Shown here: positions 25,697 to 34,269 of the stretch, piece by piece | How the letters are laid out: the number at the start of each line of letters is the position of its first letter | How positions within the stretch are numbered: position 1 is the stretch's first letter | From: an uncultured Gammaproteobacteria bacterium | GTDB lineage: Bacteria > Pseudomonadota > Gammaproteobacteria > Steroidobacterales > Rariloculaceae | Assembly: GCA_964465375.1 (NCBI GenBank) | Contig: CAYXIJ010000007.1 | Location: 2,212-66,211, forward strand | DNA: 64,000 nucleotides | Direction of reading: 5' to 3' | Program-made: the position numbers and the translations under genes | Notes under the pieces: generated by a model | Told to the model about the DNA's origin: nothing | What the model saw: only the letters and a program-made list of their open reading frames with translations | Databases searched by the model: none

Positions 25697-25946
25697 AAAT
25701 CGATACACACATCGTTTGGATAGACCTGAAAAGTAAAGCTTGAGCTAATCAAGCCATTGATAGTAAACCTCTCAGGATGGTGAACCATAAAAAGAGCATG
25801 GTCATGCACTAACCTTCGCTTGTTCACGTGGTACTTTGTTCTGCTTTGTGTGGCTGTCTCCATCGGGGGTGGCAGTGGTAGATCAACACCGGCTCCAACA
25901 CCAACACCTATCAATCAACCACCAATTTTTTCAAACTTGATTGCAA

Positions 25947-27980
25947 CTATTGACCGTCTGTGACAAGAAAATCCCAGTGACTCCCTGCATTTTCTAGGAT
26001 CAAAGGCAGATCCCCTCCAAGAAGATAGCCTTGCTTGATCAGAGTTAGTGCTGCCTCAGTGACGAGTCCTAAATAATGCTGGCGATTCTCGTACCGGGCG
26101 TCGATCGGGAGCCGCACATCCCCGCCTTTCTCCCGTTCAGATTGTGTCCTTGGGAAGGGCATATAAGAACCCTGGCTCGCGATAGGACTGTAGGGATTCC
26201 ATCCTGTGTAGGTGGCCAGGGGTACCGCAAGATCCGGGCTTTGCAAACCAGCCAGTTCGTTCCCGGAATCATCCACCTGCGGTACTAGAAACGGAAAAAC
26301 TGACAGGATGCTTGGCGGCTCCCTAGTAATGATACCGTTTGCCTCAAATTGGCTCCCATAATCGAGCCGGTAGGCTCTACTGACATCTCTTGGTAGAACA
26401 ATTCCTCTGATATTCGGAAACTGCACTTGCTCAAGAGGGACTAAGGTGCCGTCAGAAATTCTCGGATAACGGCTTGGTGGCGGCAAAATGCCAGGATCAA
26501 CAATCCAGTTATTCATCGAAACCAATAGTGATCGGAGAAACCACCTGTAATCGTTCGGATTCCCTATGTGTAAACTTTGCGGGCGCACTCTTGGTAGCTG
26601 TGCCGGCACATGTTGCGTCCCTGCGAAAAGATAGATACGGGATGTTTCCGCATGCTGGACATCTTGAGCGCCATCCACACTGGTATGAATCAAAGCCGTC
26701 GGTAACCGCCAATATTCGGTCGAGGAGTTCGTATAAAACACTTTTGGGATGGTCTCCGGGTTCAATCCCTCCAGCAAACCGTCTTTCAAGCCGGTAACTG
26801 GATCAATCTGCGCCACATCGGAAAAAGGAAACTGGTCCCCGGGATAAAAATAGCTCCTGTCGATGGCACGGGATGGCTGAGCAAAACGATGGTTAAAGCT
26901 TCCGCGAGCATTCGACCCTGTGTGTGCGATAAGGCCATCAAAGACCTTTCTGTGCTGCTCGTCCTCATTGAAACCGTCCCGCAGAAAAGTGCGCAAATAG
27001 CGACCACTTTGCGAATCCCCAAATGCTATGGCTCGATTGATGCTGCCCGCAGGAACCGAAAGCGGATCAGCTGACTCATATTTGAGTCGGGAAACAAAAT
27101 CACGCATAGCGGCTAGCCCAAGTCCAGCAATTGGTGGGTCCTCAGAGACAAAAACCACCTCGTAAATCTTCTGAGGTTCAAAGCCACTCGAAAGATAAAC
27201 GCTTGTAGAATCTGCGACCATCCGGCCATCTTCCAGCCGTCCAAATTGCCATTGGTCCCTGCCTATGACCATCCGATTACCCGATGCTGCGTCCCGGATC
27301 GTAAGTACGTTACGAGGATCACTCGGATCCGCTACCCGGTAGGCCACATGACCCCGATCACCTAGGGAATGATCGTGTACCAGCTCCTGAACCACGAAAT
27401 CACTTCTGACAAGCCCACGAATTGGGGAGCCGTTTTCGGTTGCTACCGGGGTATAAACCCGCATCAAGCCCCTTTGATGAGGCACATCAAACTGCCAACC
27501 CACATACAACAGGGAAAATCCCTGATCTAACAAAAACCCGTCACCCATGTCCATCTCGGATTCAGGTTCCAGTTGGGCCGATGCAAAATTGTAATAGTGG
27601 AGCACTCGTTTTCTGCCCCGGTTCATGACGTCAACCAATACCGTTCCGTTACCAGCCTCGACATCCTTCGGCTTGATGAGGTAGAAGTCAGAGGAAAACT
27701 CCACCCGACCGAGCTCATTTAAGGGAGCATATTGAATATCGATGATAGATTCGTTGACGTTATTTCGGGGATCTACCTCAAAATAAACCCGGCCCACCAA
27801 ACGTTCATACGGTCCTGCAAGACCGTAGGCCCGGCCTGCAGCTATATCACTCCTTGAGTGCACATCGATTCGAACAACCTCAGCCACTACTGCAGAGGAC
27901 AGCAGAAAGACCAAGATAACAAACCAACCCTTAAAATATTGGGCGTACCGATGACCGGCATCAGAGCAAAGCCTGCGCAT
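25947..27980 (-). CDS. large exported protein of unknown function (possibly alpha/beta-hydrolase-like)
   Basis: 677 aa with an N-terminal hydrophobic leader (WFVILVFLLSSAVVAEV). FGDSQSGRYLRTFLRDGFNEDE resembles a nucleophile-elbow region. I cannot name the family with confidence. Confidence 0.6.
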   Translation of the reverse strand: MRRLCSDAGHRYAQYFKGWFVILVFLLSSAVVAEVVRIDVHSRSDIAAGRAYGLAGPYERLVGRVYFEVDPRNNVNESIIDIQYAPLNELGRVEFSSDFYLIKPKDVEAGNGTVLVDVMNRGRKRVLHYYNFASAQLEPESEMDMGDGFLLDQGFSLLYVGWQFDVPHQRGLMRVYTPVATENGSPIRGLVRSDFVVQELVHDHSLGDRGHVAYRVADPSDPRNVLTIRDAASGNRMVIGRDQWQFGRLEDGRMVADSTSVYLSSGFEPQKIYEVVFVSEDPPIAGLGLAAMRDFVSRLKYESADPLSVPAGSINRAIAFGDSQSGRYLRTFLRDGFNEDEQHRKVFDGLIAHTGSNARGSFNHRFAQPSRAIDRSYFYPGDQFPFSDVAQIDPVTGLKDGLLEGLNPETIPKVFYTNSSTEYWRLPTALIHTSVDGAQDVQHAETSRIYLFAGTQHVPAQLPRVRPQSLHIGNPNDYRWFLRSLLVSMNNWIVDPGILPPPSRYPRISDGTLVPLEQVQFPNIRGIVLPRDVSRAYRLDYGSQFEANGIITREPPSILSVFPFLVPQVDDSGNELAGLQSPDLAVPLATYTGWNPYSPIASQGSYMPFPRTQSEREKGGDVRLPIDARYENRQHYLGLVTEAALTLIKQGYLLGGDLPLILENAGSHWDFLVTDGQ

Positions 27981-28161
27981 AACTCGATGATCCTATGACC
28001 AGATTGCAGCTGGTGATTCTAGCAGGGTCTGCTAGGGTCAATGGTAAAAACTGGCTACCGCAGACCATCCTAGACGCACACTGGCTAGGGTGTTAAAAAG
28101 TGCAAGGAGCAGCAAAAACTAAACAGGATGCTGCCATAGAAAAAGCTGCGGGAGCATAGAT

Positions 28162-30282
28162 ATGGGAATCGAAAAAAAGGCGGGCCAAAGTATCGTCACC
28201 GTTACAATCACCTTGTCACTCAGCTTAGGCTTCACTGAGATCTCTGGACAAGAAACAACCATTCAAATTGACAAGGATGACATCGGCGGTGTCGTTACTA
28301 GCTCAGAAGGACCGGAGGCCGGTGTCTGGGTAATTGCAGAAACCGATCAATTTCAGACCCGATTCTCCAAAATTGTAGTGACCGACGAAAATGGCCAGTA
28401 TGTGATTCCAGATCTCCCGGACGCGGACTACGAGTTATGGGTCCGCGGCTACGGACTCGCGGACTCTTCAAAAATAACTGCAGAACCCGGAGAAATTGCG
28501 AACCTGACCGCAATAATTGCGCCTAGCGAAGCGGTGGCGGCTGAAGTGTATCCGGCAGCCTATTGGTACTCAATGATGAATCTGCCCGACCAAGCTGAAG
28601 TAGCTGACATTCCCGGTGGATTGAACAGGTATCTTGCGATCATGAAAAACCAATCCTGTGTAGGCTGCCACCAGCTCGGTCAATTGGCGACCCGGACTAT
28701 CCCAGAGAATCTGGGTAAATTTGAATCGTCTGAGACTGCCTGGGTTCGACGCGTACAGTCAGGGCAAGCGGGGCATCAAATGATTCGGCCACTGGCCTCC
28801 GTACTGCGTGGCGTTCCTTTCAAATACCTCGCCAATTGGACCGATCGCATCGCGGCAGGAGAGCTGCCGCATTCCAAGCCGGAACGTCCTATCGGGCTTG
28901 AGCGCAACGTAGTCGTCACAGTCCGAGACTGGTCAGACCCGAAAGCCTATTTACACGATCTCTCAGGCACAGACAGACGGGATCCCACAGTCAATGGATA
29001 TGGGCCTCTTTATGGATCACCAGAGCTCAGCACAGATTTCTTTCCAATACTTGATCCCGTAAAAAATGTATCGACGACTTTCGTTGCACCAGTACGCGAC
29101 ACGGATACCCCAACTACAAACAACGATCCAGTCCTCCAAGCCTCATCATACTGGGGAAATGAAGCAATTTGGGACAGCAAAGCTAATTCACATAATCCTA
29201 TGCTCGATCACAGAGGGCTTGTGTGGTACACCGCGCGCATCCGTGACTCGGAAAATCCAAGCTTCTGTAGAGAGGGTTCCGAGCATCCCTCTGCCCAATT
29301 GACCCCAACAGAAAGCGCCGGGCGTCATCTTGCAGTACGCAATCCCACAACCGGTGAATACACCTTCGTCGATACATGTTATTCGACTCATCATCTGCAG
29401 TTTGCGGAGGATGATGATAATACGCTCTGGACCAGCGGCGGGAGGGATGTAGTCGGGTGGTTAAATACTGATATGTTTCTAAGAACAGGAGACGAAAAAA
29501 AATCCCAAGGGTGGACGGCATTAATTCTTGACACAAACGGTAACGGTAAGCGAGATGATTACGCAGAAGCCGATGAACCCATAGATCCAGATCTGGACAA
29601 ACGCATCATTGCCGGTTACTACGCGATTATGCCCAACCCTGCGGACGGCTCAATATGGGGATCCACAAGCTTTGGCCATCCGGGTTCAGTCGTCCGTCTA
29701 AATCCAGGGTCAAATCCGCCGGAAACTGCACTCGCCGAGCTATACAATGTTCCACTCCCAGGATTTGCTTCACGGGGCGCTGACATCGACCGTAATGGTG
29801 TTATTTGGGTCTCACTCGGAAGTGGCCATCTCGGCCAGTTCGACCGAAAAAAATGCGAAGGACCACTAAACGGTCCTGCAGCCACAGGCGACCATTGCCC
29901 AGAGGGTTGGACCTTCCACCGATTCCCGGGCCCAGGCTTTCCCGGTCTGCCCGAATATAGTGTGGAATCCAGTTACTACACCTGGGTCGACCAGAGAAAT
30001 ACACTGGGACTTGGCGCTAATACCCCAATAGCAACCGGTAACCTGTTTGATGGCGTGCATGCTCTCGTGAATGATGAATTCGTCACCCTGCGCGTACCTT
30101 ACCCCCTCGGGTTTTACAGCAAGGGCTTCGAAGGACGTATCGATGACCCTTCAATTGGGTGGAAAGGGCGCGGACTGTGGGTCCCGAGCGGCGACCGAAC
30201 ACCATGGCTCAAAGAAAATGGTGTAGGAAGTAAGCCTCTGGTCGTACACTTTCAAATGAGGCCAAGCCCACTCGCAAAATGA
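28162..30282 (+). CDS. large exported protein: carboxypeptidase-regulatory-like N-domain, a single CxxCH heme-c motif, and a propeller-like C-terminal region
   Basis: 706 aa with a signal-like leader. GVWVIAETDQFQTRFSKIVVTDENGQYVIPDLPDADYELWVRGYGL is CarboxypepD_reg-like. NQSCVGCHQLG provides the CxxCH. Later segments such as GADIDRNGVIWVSLGSGHLGQFD look like propeller blades. Confidence 0.6.
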   Translation: MGIEKKAGQSIVTVTITLSLSLGFTEISGQETTIQIDKDDIGGVVTSSEGPEAGVWVIAETDQFQTRFSKIVVTDENGQYVIPDLPDADYELWVRGYGLADSSKITAEPGEIANLTAIIAPSEAVAAEVYPAAYWYSMMNLPDQAEVADIPGGLNRYLAIMKNQSCVGCHQLGQLATRTIPENLGKFESSETAWVRRVQSGQAGHQMIRPLASVLRGVPFKYLANWTDRIAAGELPHSKPERPIGLERNVVVTVRDWSDPKAYLHDLSGTDRRDPTVNGYGPLYGSPELSTDFFPILDPVKNVSTTFVAPVRDTDTPTTNNDPVLQASSYWGNEAIWDSKANSHNPMLDHRGLVWYTARIRDSENPSFCREGSEHPSAQLTPTESAGRHLAVRNPTTGEYTFVDTCYSTHHLQFAEDDDNTLWTSGGRDVVGWLNTDMFLRTGDEKKSQGWTALILDTNGNGKRDDYAEADEPIDPDLDKRIIAGYYAIMPNPADGSIWGSTSFGHPGSVVRLNPGSNPPETALAELYNVPLPGFASRGADIDRNGVIWVSLGSGHLGQFDRKKCEGPLNGPAATGDHCPEGWTFHRFPGPGFPGLPEYSVESSYYTWVDQRNTLGLGANTPIATGNLFDGVHALVNDEFVTLRVPYPLGFYSKGFEGRIDDPSIGWKGRGLWVPSGDRTPWLKENGVGSKPLVVHFQMRPSPLAK

Positions 30283-30349
30283 CGGGCATGTAGAGATGTT
30301 CAACCGATCGCAATTTCTACCTACTGTAGGAATTGCGATCGTTCTGCCA

Positions 30350-31381
30350 TCAAAATAGCGAAAAATGTGCGTGCTCCTGAAGGTACTTATCCACATGCAT
30401 CCTGTAGTAGGAAAGTACTTGACGCGTCAACTCGCCTCCTCCCTCGGGAAACTCCACCATATGCCCATCGTCTACCCTAATGCTCAATACCGGCATAACC
30501 TCCCGAGTCGCACTTGTAACAAAACACTCGGTCGCGCTCGCCAGTTCACTAACCGTAATTTCGCATTCCCCCGTTTGAAGACCATTCTCAAGACAGGCCT
30601 TATGCACGGCAGCTTTAGTAATTCCCATGAGATTCCCAGTGCTCTGGGAGGGCGTGACCAACTTGCCATCGATAACAAAAAAGATGTTGCTGTTGGATGC
30701 CTCGGTAATAAATTCTGATGCGTTTAGCATCAGGCAATCATCAGCCCCAAATTCCCGTGCCTCTATTACGCCCAATACATTGTTTAGATAATTTCCTCCC
30801 TTAATATTGGGATCAAGCGCATTAATGGAATTTCGACGAGTCTCCGAAATTGCTACTGATAAGCCCCGACTGTAGAAATCCGAGCTCCAGGGAAGTAGCT
30901 CTCTTACAAGGATCACGTAACGAGTAGATAACGCCGGGCTTGGGAAGAGATCAATTGGGCCTTCGCCGCGGGTTACTACATAGCGCACGTATACATCCTG
31001 ACCAAGATCAGGTGCGTATGTCATTTTAACAGTTTCTTTAATTTTCTGAGTTAGCTGCTTTTTAGAAAACCCAAGTTTCATATGGACTCGCTCTGCAGAT
31101 CTTTGAAGACGATCCCAATGCTCATCAAAAAACAGTGGTATGCCTTGATAGGTTCTTAGAACTTCGTATATTGAATCACCGTAAAGGAAACCCCGGTCCA
31201 TAACAGGCACCCGCGCATCGGCAGCGGACGTAATCAAACCATCTACATTGATTTTACTTTCAAACTTCTTCACTTTGCGATTCTTACTCCCTGAGTACCT
31301 AACATTACCTTGACGAAAAGACGCTGAAAATTCTAAGGATGCCGTCGAATCCGTGTCTGTTACCTCGGTAGGCTCATCCAA
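30350..31381 (-). CDS. class-IV (fold type IV) aminotransferase (D-amino-acid / branched-chain aminotransferase-like)
   Basis: INVDGLITSAADARVPVMDRGFLYGDSIYEV and NIKGGNYLNNVL blocks. The ORF-track start is a TTG at 31381, giving a roughly 40-aa low-complexity N-extension. An internal GTG near 31273 is an alternative start. Confidence 0.8.
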   Translation of the reverse strand: MDEPTEVTDTDSTASLEFSASFRQGNVRYSGSKNRKVKKFESKINVDGLITSAADARVPVMDRGFLYGDSIYEVLRTYQGIPLFFDEHWDRLQRSAERVHMKLGFSKKQLTQKIKETVKMTYAPDLGQDVYVRYVVTRGEGPIDLFPSPALSTRYVILVRELLPWSSDFYSRGLSVAISETRRNSINALDPNIKGGNYLNNVLGVIEAREFGADDCLMLNASEFITEASNSNIFFVIDGKLVTPSQSTGNLMGITKAAVHKACLENGLQTGECEITVSELASATECFVTSATREVMPVLSIRVDDGHMVEFPEGGGELTRQVLSYYRMHVDKYLQEHAHFSLF

Positions 31382-31428
31382 ACAGCATTAGGTATTTATC
31401 AATTCGTGCAATAAATAGAAAGTCTACA

Positions 31429-32067
31429 TTAATGAAATCTACGAACTAAGTGTGATCTCAAGGACGGCTCAAGATCCTGCCTCACCTGCACCAAATTATT
31501 TGTAGTGCTCAACGCACTCAACTGTGTGACCTCCAAGTCATCAAACCCGCAGGGATTGATTCGCTTGAACGGCTCTAGCTCCATATCTACATTGATTGCG
31601 AAACCATGGTATGAACAGTGACGACGCACCCTCAAGCCAACTGCAGCAAGCTTACGACCCTGCACATATACCCCCGGTGCATCACGACGTCCGTAGGCCT
31701 TAACCCCATAAGCAGATACGGTTTCTATTACAGCTCCCTCCAGGGCCTCAACTAAGGACCGAACGCCCATATTGAGTCGTTTAAGGTCGAGCATTACATA
31801 GACCACCAGTTGTCCTGGTCCGTGGTAGGTAACCTGCCCTCCCCGATCAATCCTGACAACGGGAATGTCTCCGGGCGAAAGAAGGTGAGATGGGTCCGCA
31901 CTTAAACCAAGAGTAAAAACCTTGGGATGCTGTACAAACCAAACTTCATCTGCGGATCCGGGTAAGCGTTCATCGGTAAAGCGCTGCATCTTAGTCCAAA
32001 CGTCCGGCAGCGGACGCAAACCCAAATCCCTGCCTACAAAAGGTTTCACAGCGACACTGCTAGACAT
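31429..32067 (-). CDS. lipB: octanoyltransferase (lipoyl(octanoyl) transferase)
   Basis: 212 aa. VWFVQHPKVFTLG, RIDRGGQVTYHGPGQLVVY, KLAAVGLRVRRHCSYHGFAINV. Confidence 0.9.
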   Translation of the reverse strand: MSSSVAVKPFVGRDLGLRPLPDVWTKMQRFTDERLPGSADEVWFVQHPKVFTLGLSADPSHLLSPGDIPVVRIDRGGQVTYHGPGQLVVYVMLDLKRLNMGVRSLVEALEGAVIETVSAYGVKAYGRRDAPGVYVQGRKLAAVGLRVRRHCSYHGFAINVDMELEPFKRINPCGFDDLEVTQLSALSTTNNLVQVRQDLEPSLRSHLVRRFH

Positions 32068-32100
32068 TGATATGGGAAGGGTCTTCGTGGAATTCCCTGT

Positions 32101-33261
32101 TCACCGAAGCCAGAGGGTCAGCTCATCTTTCAGTCGGGTCCAGAAACTTCCCTGTTCAACTGGATCCAGGGTAATCAGAGGGACATCAAGCAATGTATCC
32201 TTACCCAGGGAAACCCGAATCTGGCCGACAGCTACCTCCCCGGCAAGGGGTGCAATGAGATCAGCCTCTACCTCTAGATCTGTTGACAAGGTGTCATAGC
32301 TTCCCCGAGGAATTGTGACAAAAAGATCCTCTGCAATGCCCAAAGCAGCCGTTTCTTGGTTTCCGCCCCATACCCGGGCACTGGTAATTTGCTCACCTGA
32401 TGTATAAAGCCTATGGGTCTCATAAAATCGGAATCCGTAATTAAGCAAGGCTTGACTACCGCTAGCCCTCGCTTCCGCAGTTGGCATCCCCATAACGACT
32501 GAAATGAGTCGCATTCCAGAACGCTCGGCAGAAGTGACCAAACAGTAACCTGCGTCTTCCGTGTATCCTGTTTTCATGCCGTCTACGGATGTGTCCCGCC
32601 AGAGCAAAGAATTGCGGTTGTGTTGTGTGATTTCGTTGTAGGTGAATTCACGCTCTGAGTACCAAGAATAGTAATCAGGAAACTCTGTGACAATGGCTCG
32701 TGCAAGAATAGCCACGTCCCGAGCCGAAGTGTAATGGTCTAAAGAGGAAAGGCCAGTGGAGTTTCGGTAAGAAGTCCCCGTCATACCCAGTATCTGTGCA
32801 TACTCATTCATGAGCACTGAAAAAGTATCTTCATCTCCCGCAATATGCTCCGCCAAAGCGACACTCGCATCATTACCGGATTGAATAATCATACCTCTTA
32901 TTAAATCCTCAACCCGAACGCGGGTATTCACCTCAATAAACATTCGCGAACCTTCCGTTCTCCAAGCCTTTTCGCTCACGGTAACTTGATCATCTAAACC
33001 GATCTGCCCTTGATCAAGAGCATGAAAAACTACATAAGCCGTCATCAATTTTGTCAAGCTTGCTGGATCTAGCCTGAGATCTGGAGTACGTTCTGCCAAC
33101 ACTTTGCCGCTAGCAAAATCCAACAAAACAAAACTCTCTGCTCTTAGCTGGGGTGGTTGTGGTATAGGAATTTGGGCGACACTACCCGAGCACACAAACA
33201 AGGATAAAATAAAAACCCGAAATTGAATCACAAACCAAAATTTATGAGGGGAGCTTGTCAT
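32101..33261 (-). CDS. D-alanyl-D-alanine carboxypeptidase (PBP5/6 family)
   Basis: 386 aa with a signal peptide. SxxK motif (PASLTKLMTAY), SGN (IIQSGNDAS) and KTG (MKTGYT). Confidence 0.9.
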   Translation of the reverse strand: MTSSPHKFWFVIQFRVFILSLFVCSGSVAQIPIPQPPQLRAESFVLLDFASGKVLAERTPDLRLDPASLTKLMTAYVVFHALDQGQIGLDDQVTVSEKAWRTEGSRMFIEVNTRVRVEDLIRGMIIQSGNDASVALAEHIAGDEDTFSVLMNEYAQILGMTGTSYRNSTGLSSLDHYTSARDVAILARAIVTEFPDYYSWYSEREFTYNEITQHNRNSLLWRDTSVDGMKTGYTEDAGYCLVTSAERSGMRLISVVMGMPTAEARASGSQALLNYGFRFYETHRLYTSGEQITSARVWGGNQETAALGIAEDLFVTIPRGSYDTLSTDLEVEADLIAPLAGEVAVGQIRVSLGKDTLLDVPLITLDPVEQGSFWTRLKDELTLWLR

Positions 33262-34269
33262 CTACAATCGACTCTCCTTCGCCATCTGTATGGCCTGTCC
33301 CAGCTGATAGATTGCTAGGGCATATTTGACACTTCGATTGTAACGAGTAATAACCCGAAAATTATGGTGCCCCACCCAGTACTCAAGTCCAGCTTCACCA
33401 TCCAGAGCAAGCACGGTCGCAGGCGAGGACTCGGGCAACGTGGTCGAAAAAACATAGCCCATATCAGCTAGCGATCCAACTGTATCATTGAGATTCATGC
33501 TGTTGCTTGGCTCCGAACCTGACCAAGACGATGGACGTGTAGCCCAATCTACCACCGGAGCCCCCTCGATCCAGCCATGTACTTTGAAATAGTTGGCAAT
33601 ACTCCCGAGGATATCCTGCCAACTACCCCACAAATCACGCTGTCCATCACCGTCTCCGTCAACCGCATAAGCCCGATAACTTGAAGGAATAAATTGACCC
33701 GCACCCATTGCGCCAGCATATGAGCCAAGCAACTCATCTGGTTCGACTCCCTCTTCTCGAATCAGTAAAAAAAATGCTTCAAGCTCAGAGGTAAAAAAAG
33801 ACGAACGGGGCGGATAGGCAAAAGCCAGAGTGGCAAGAGAATCCAACACGCGATAGCGTCCGGTACGCTGCCCGAAAAAGCTCTCAATACCAAGAATTGC
33901 GAGTAATAGTTCCGGCTCAACGCCATAGTTTGCGCTAGCTTCTTGAATTTCTTCATTGTGAGCAGACCAAAACTCAACTGCCGCGTTGATCCGTGCTTCG
34001 CTCAAGAACAGTTGTTGGTATTCATGCCAGGTAAGCACTCGCTCCGCAGGCCTTGAGATTGCCTCCAATACCCCTTGGTTAATGCTTGCATTACCAAGAA
34101 CTTCCGCTAAAACCTCACGATCAAAATTATGATCAGACACCATATGATCGATGAACGCCTCGCGAGCAAGGCGAACGGCCTCATCGTCTACCTCAACGGT
34201 TCTTCCGGCTACAATCAAACTGAAAAAAACTACAACCCCAACAACAATCTTCCGAGTCTTCCTATTCAT
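33262..34269 (-). CDS. mltB: lytic murein transglycosylase B-like
   Basis: 335 aa. ILGIESFFGQRTG (catalytic Glu context), GAMGAGQFIPSSY and a C-terminal YNRSVKYALAIYQLG. Confidence 0.85.
   Translation of the reverse strand: MNRKTRKIVVGVVVFFSLIVAGRTVEVDDEAVRLAREAFIDHMVSDHNFDREVLAEVLGNASINQGVLEAISRPAERVLTWHEYQQLFLSEARINAAVEFWSAHNEEIQEASANYGVEPELLLAILGIESFFGQRTGRYRVLDSLATLAFAYPPRSSFFTSELEAFFLLIREEGVEPDELLGSYAGAMGAGQFIPSSYRAYAVDGDGDGQRDLWGSWQDILGSIANYFKVHGWIEGAPVVDWATRPSSWSGSEPSNSMNLNDTVGSLADMGYVFSTTLPESSPATVLALDGEAGLEYWVGHHNFRVITRYNRSVKYALAIYQLGQAIQMAKESRL

Noticed and set aside
25213-25914. Several 70-124-aa ORFs on both strands within and after the GC-rich lipoprotein gene.
   Set aside because: High local GC keeps all frames open. 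None has a motif or a plausible start context.
25784-25963. 60-codon open frame KRAWSCTNLRLFTWYFVLLCVAVSIGGGSGRSTPAPTPTPINQPPIFSNLIATIDRL, resembling the 5' end of a lipoprotein or cadherin-like adhesin gene.
   Set aside because: It has no ATG in frame, only a TTG. It is very short and its end overlaps the stop of the convergent 677-aa gene. At best it is a gene remnant, and it cannot be supported as a feature.
24929-30400. Searched around tRNA-Arg (and tRNA-Gln at 54900) for an integrase, transposase, phage genes or a direct repeat of the tRNA 3' end.
   Set aside because: None was found by eye, so no mobile element is called. Only the compositional anomaly is reported.
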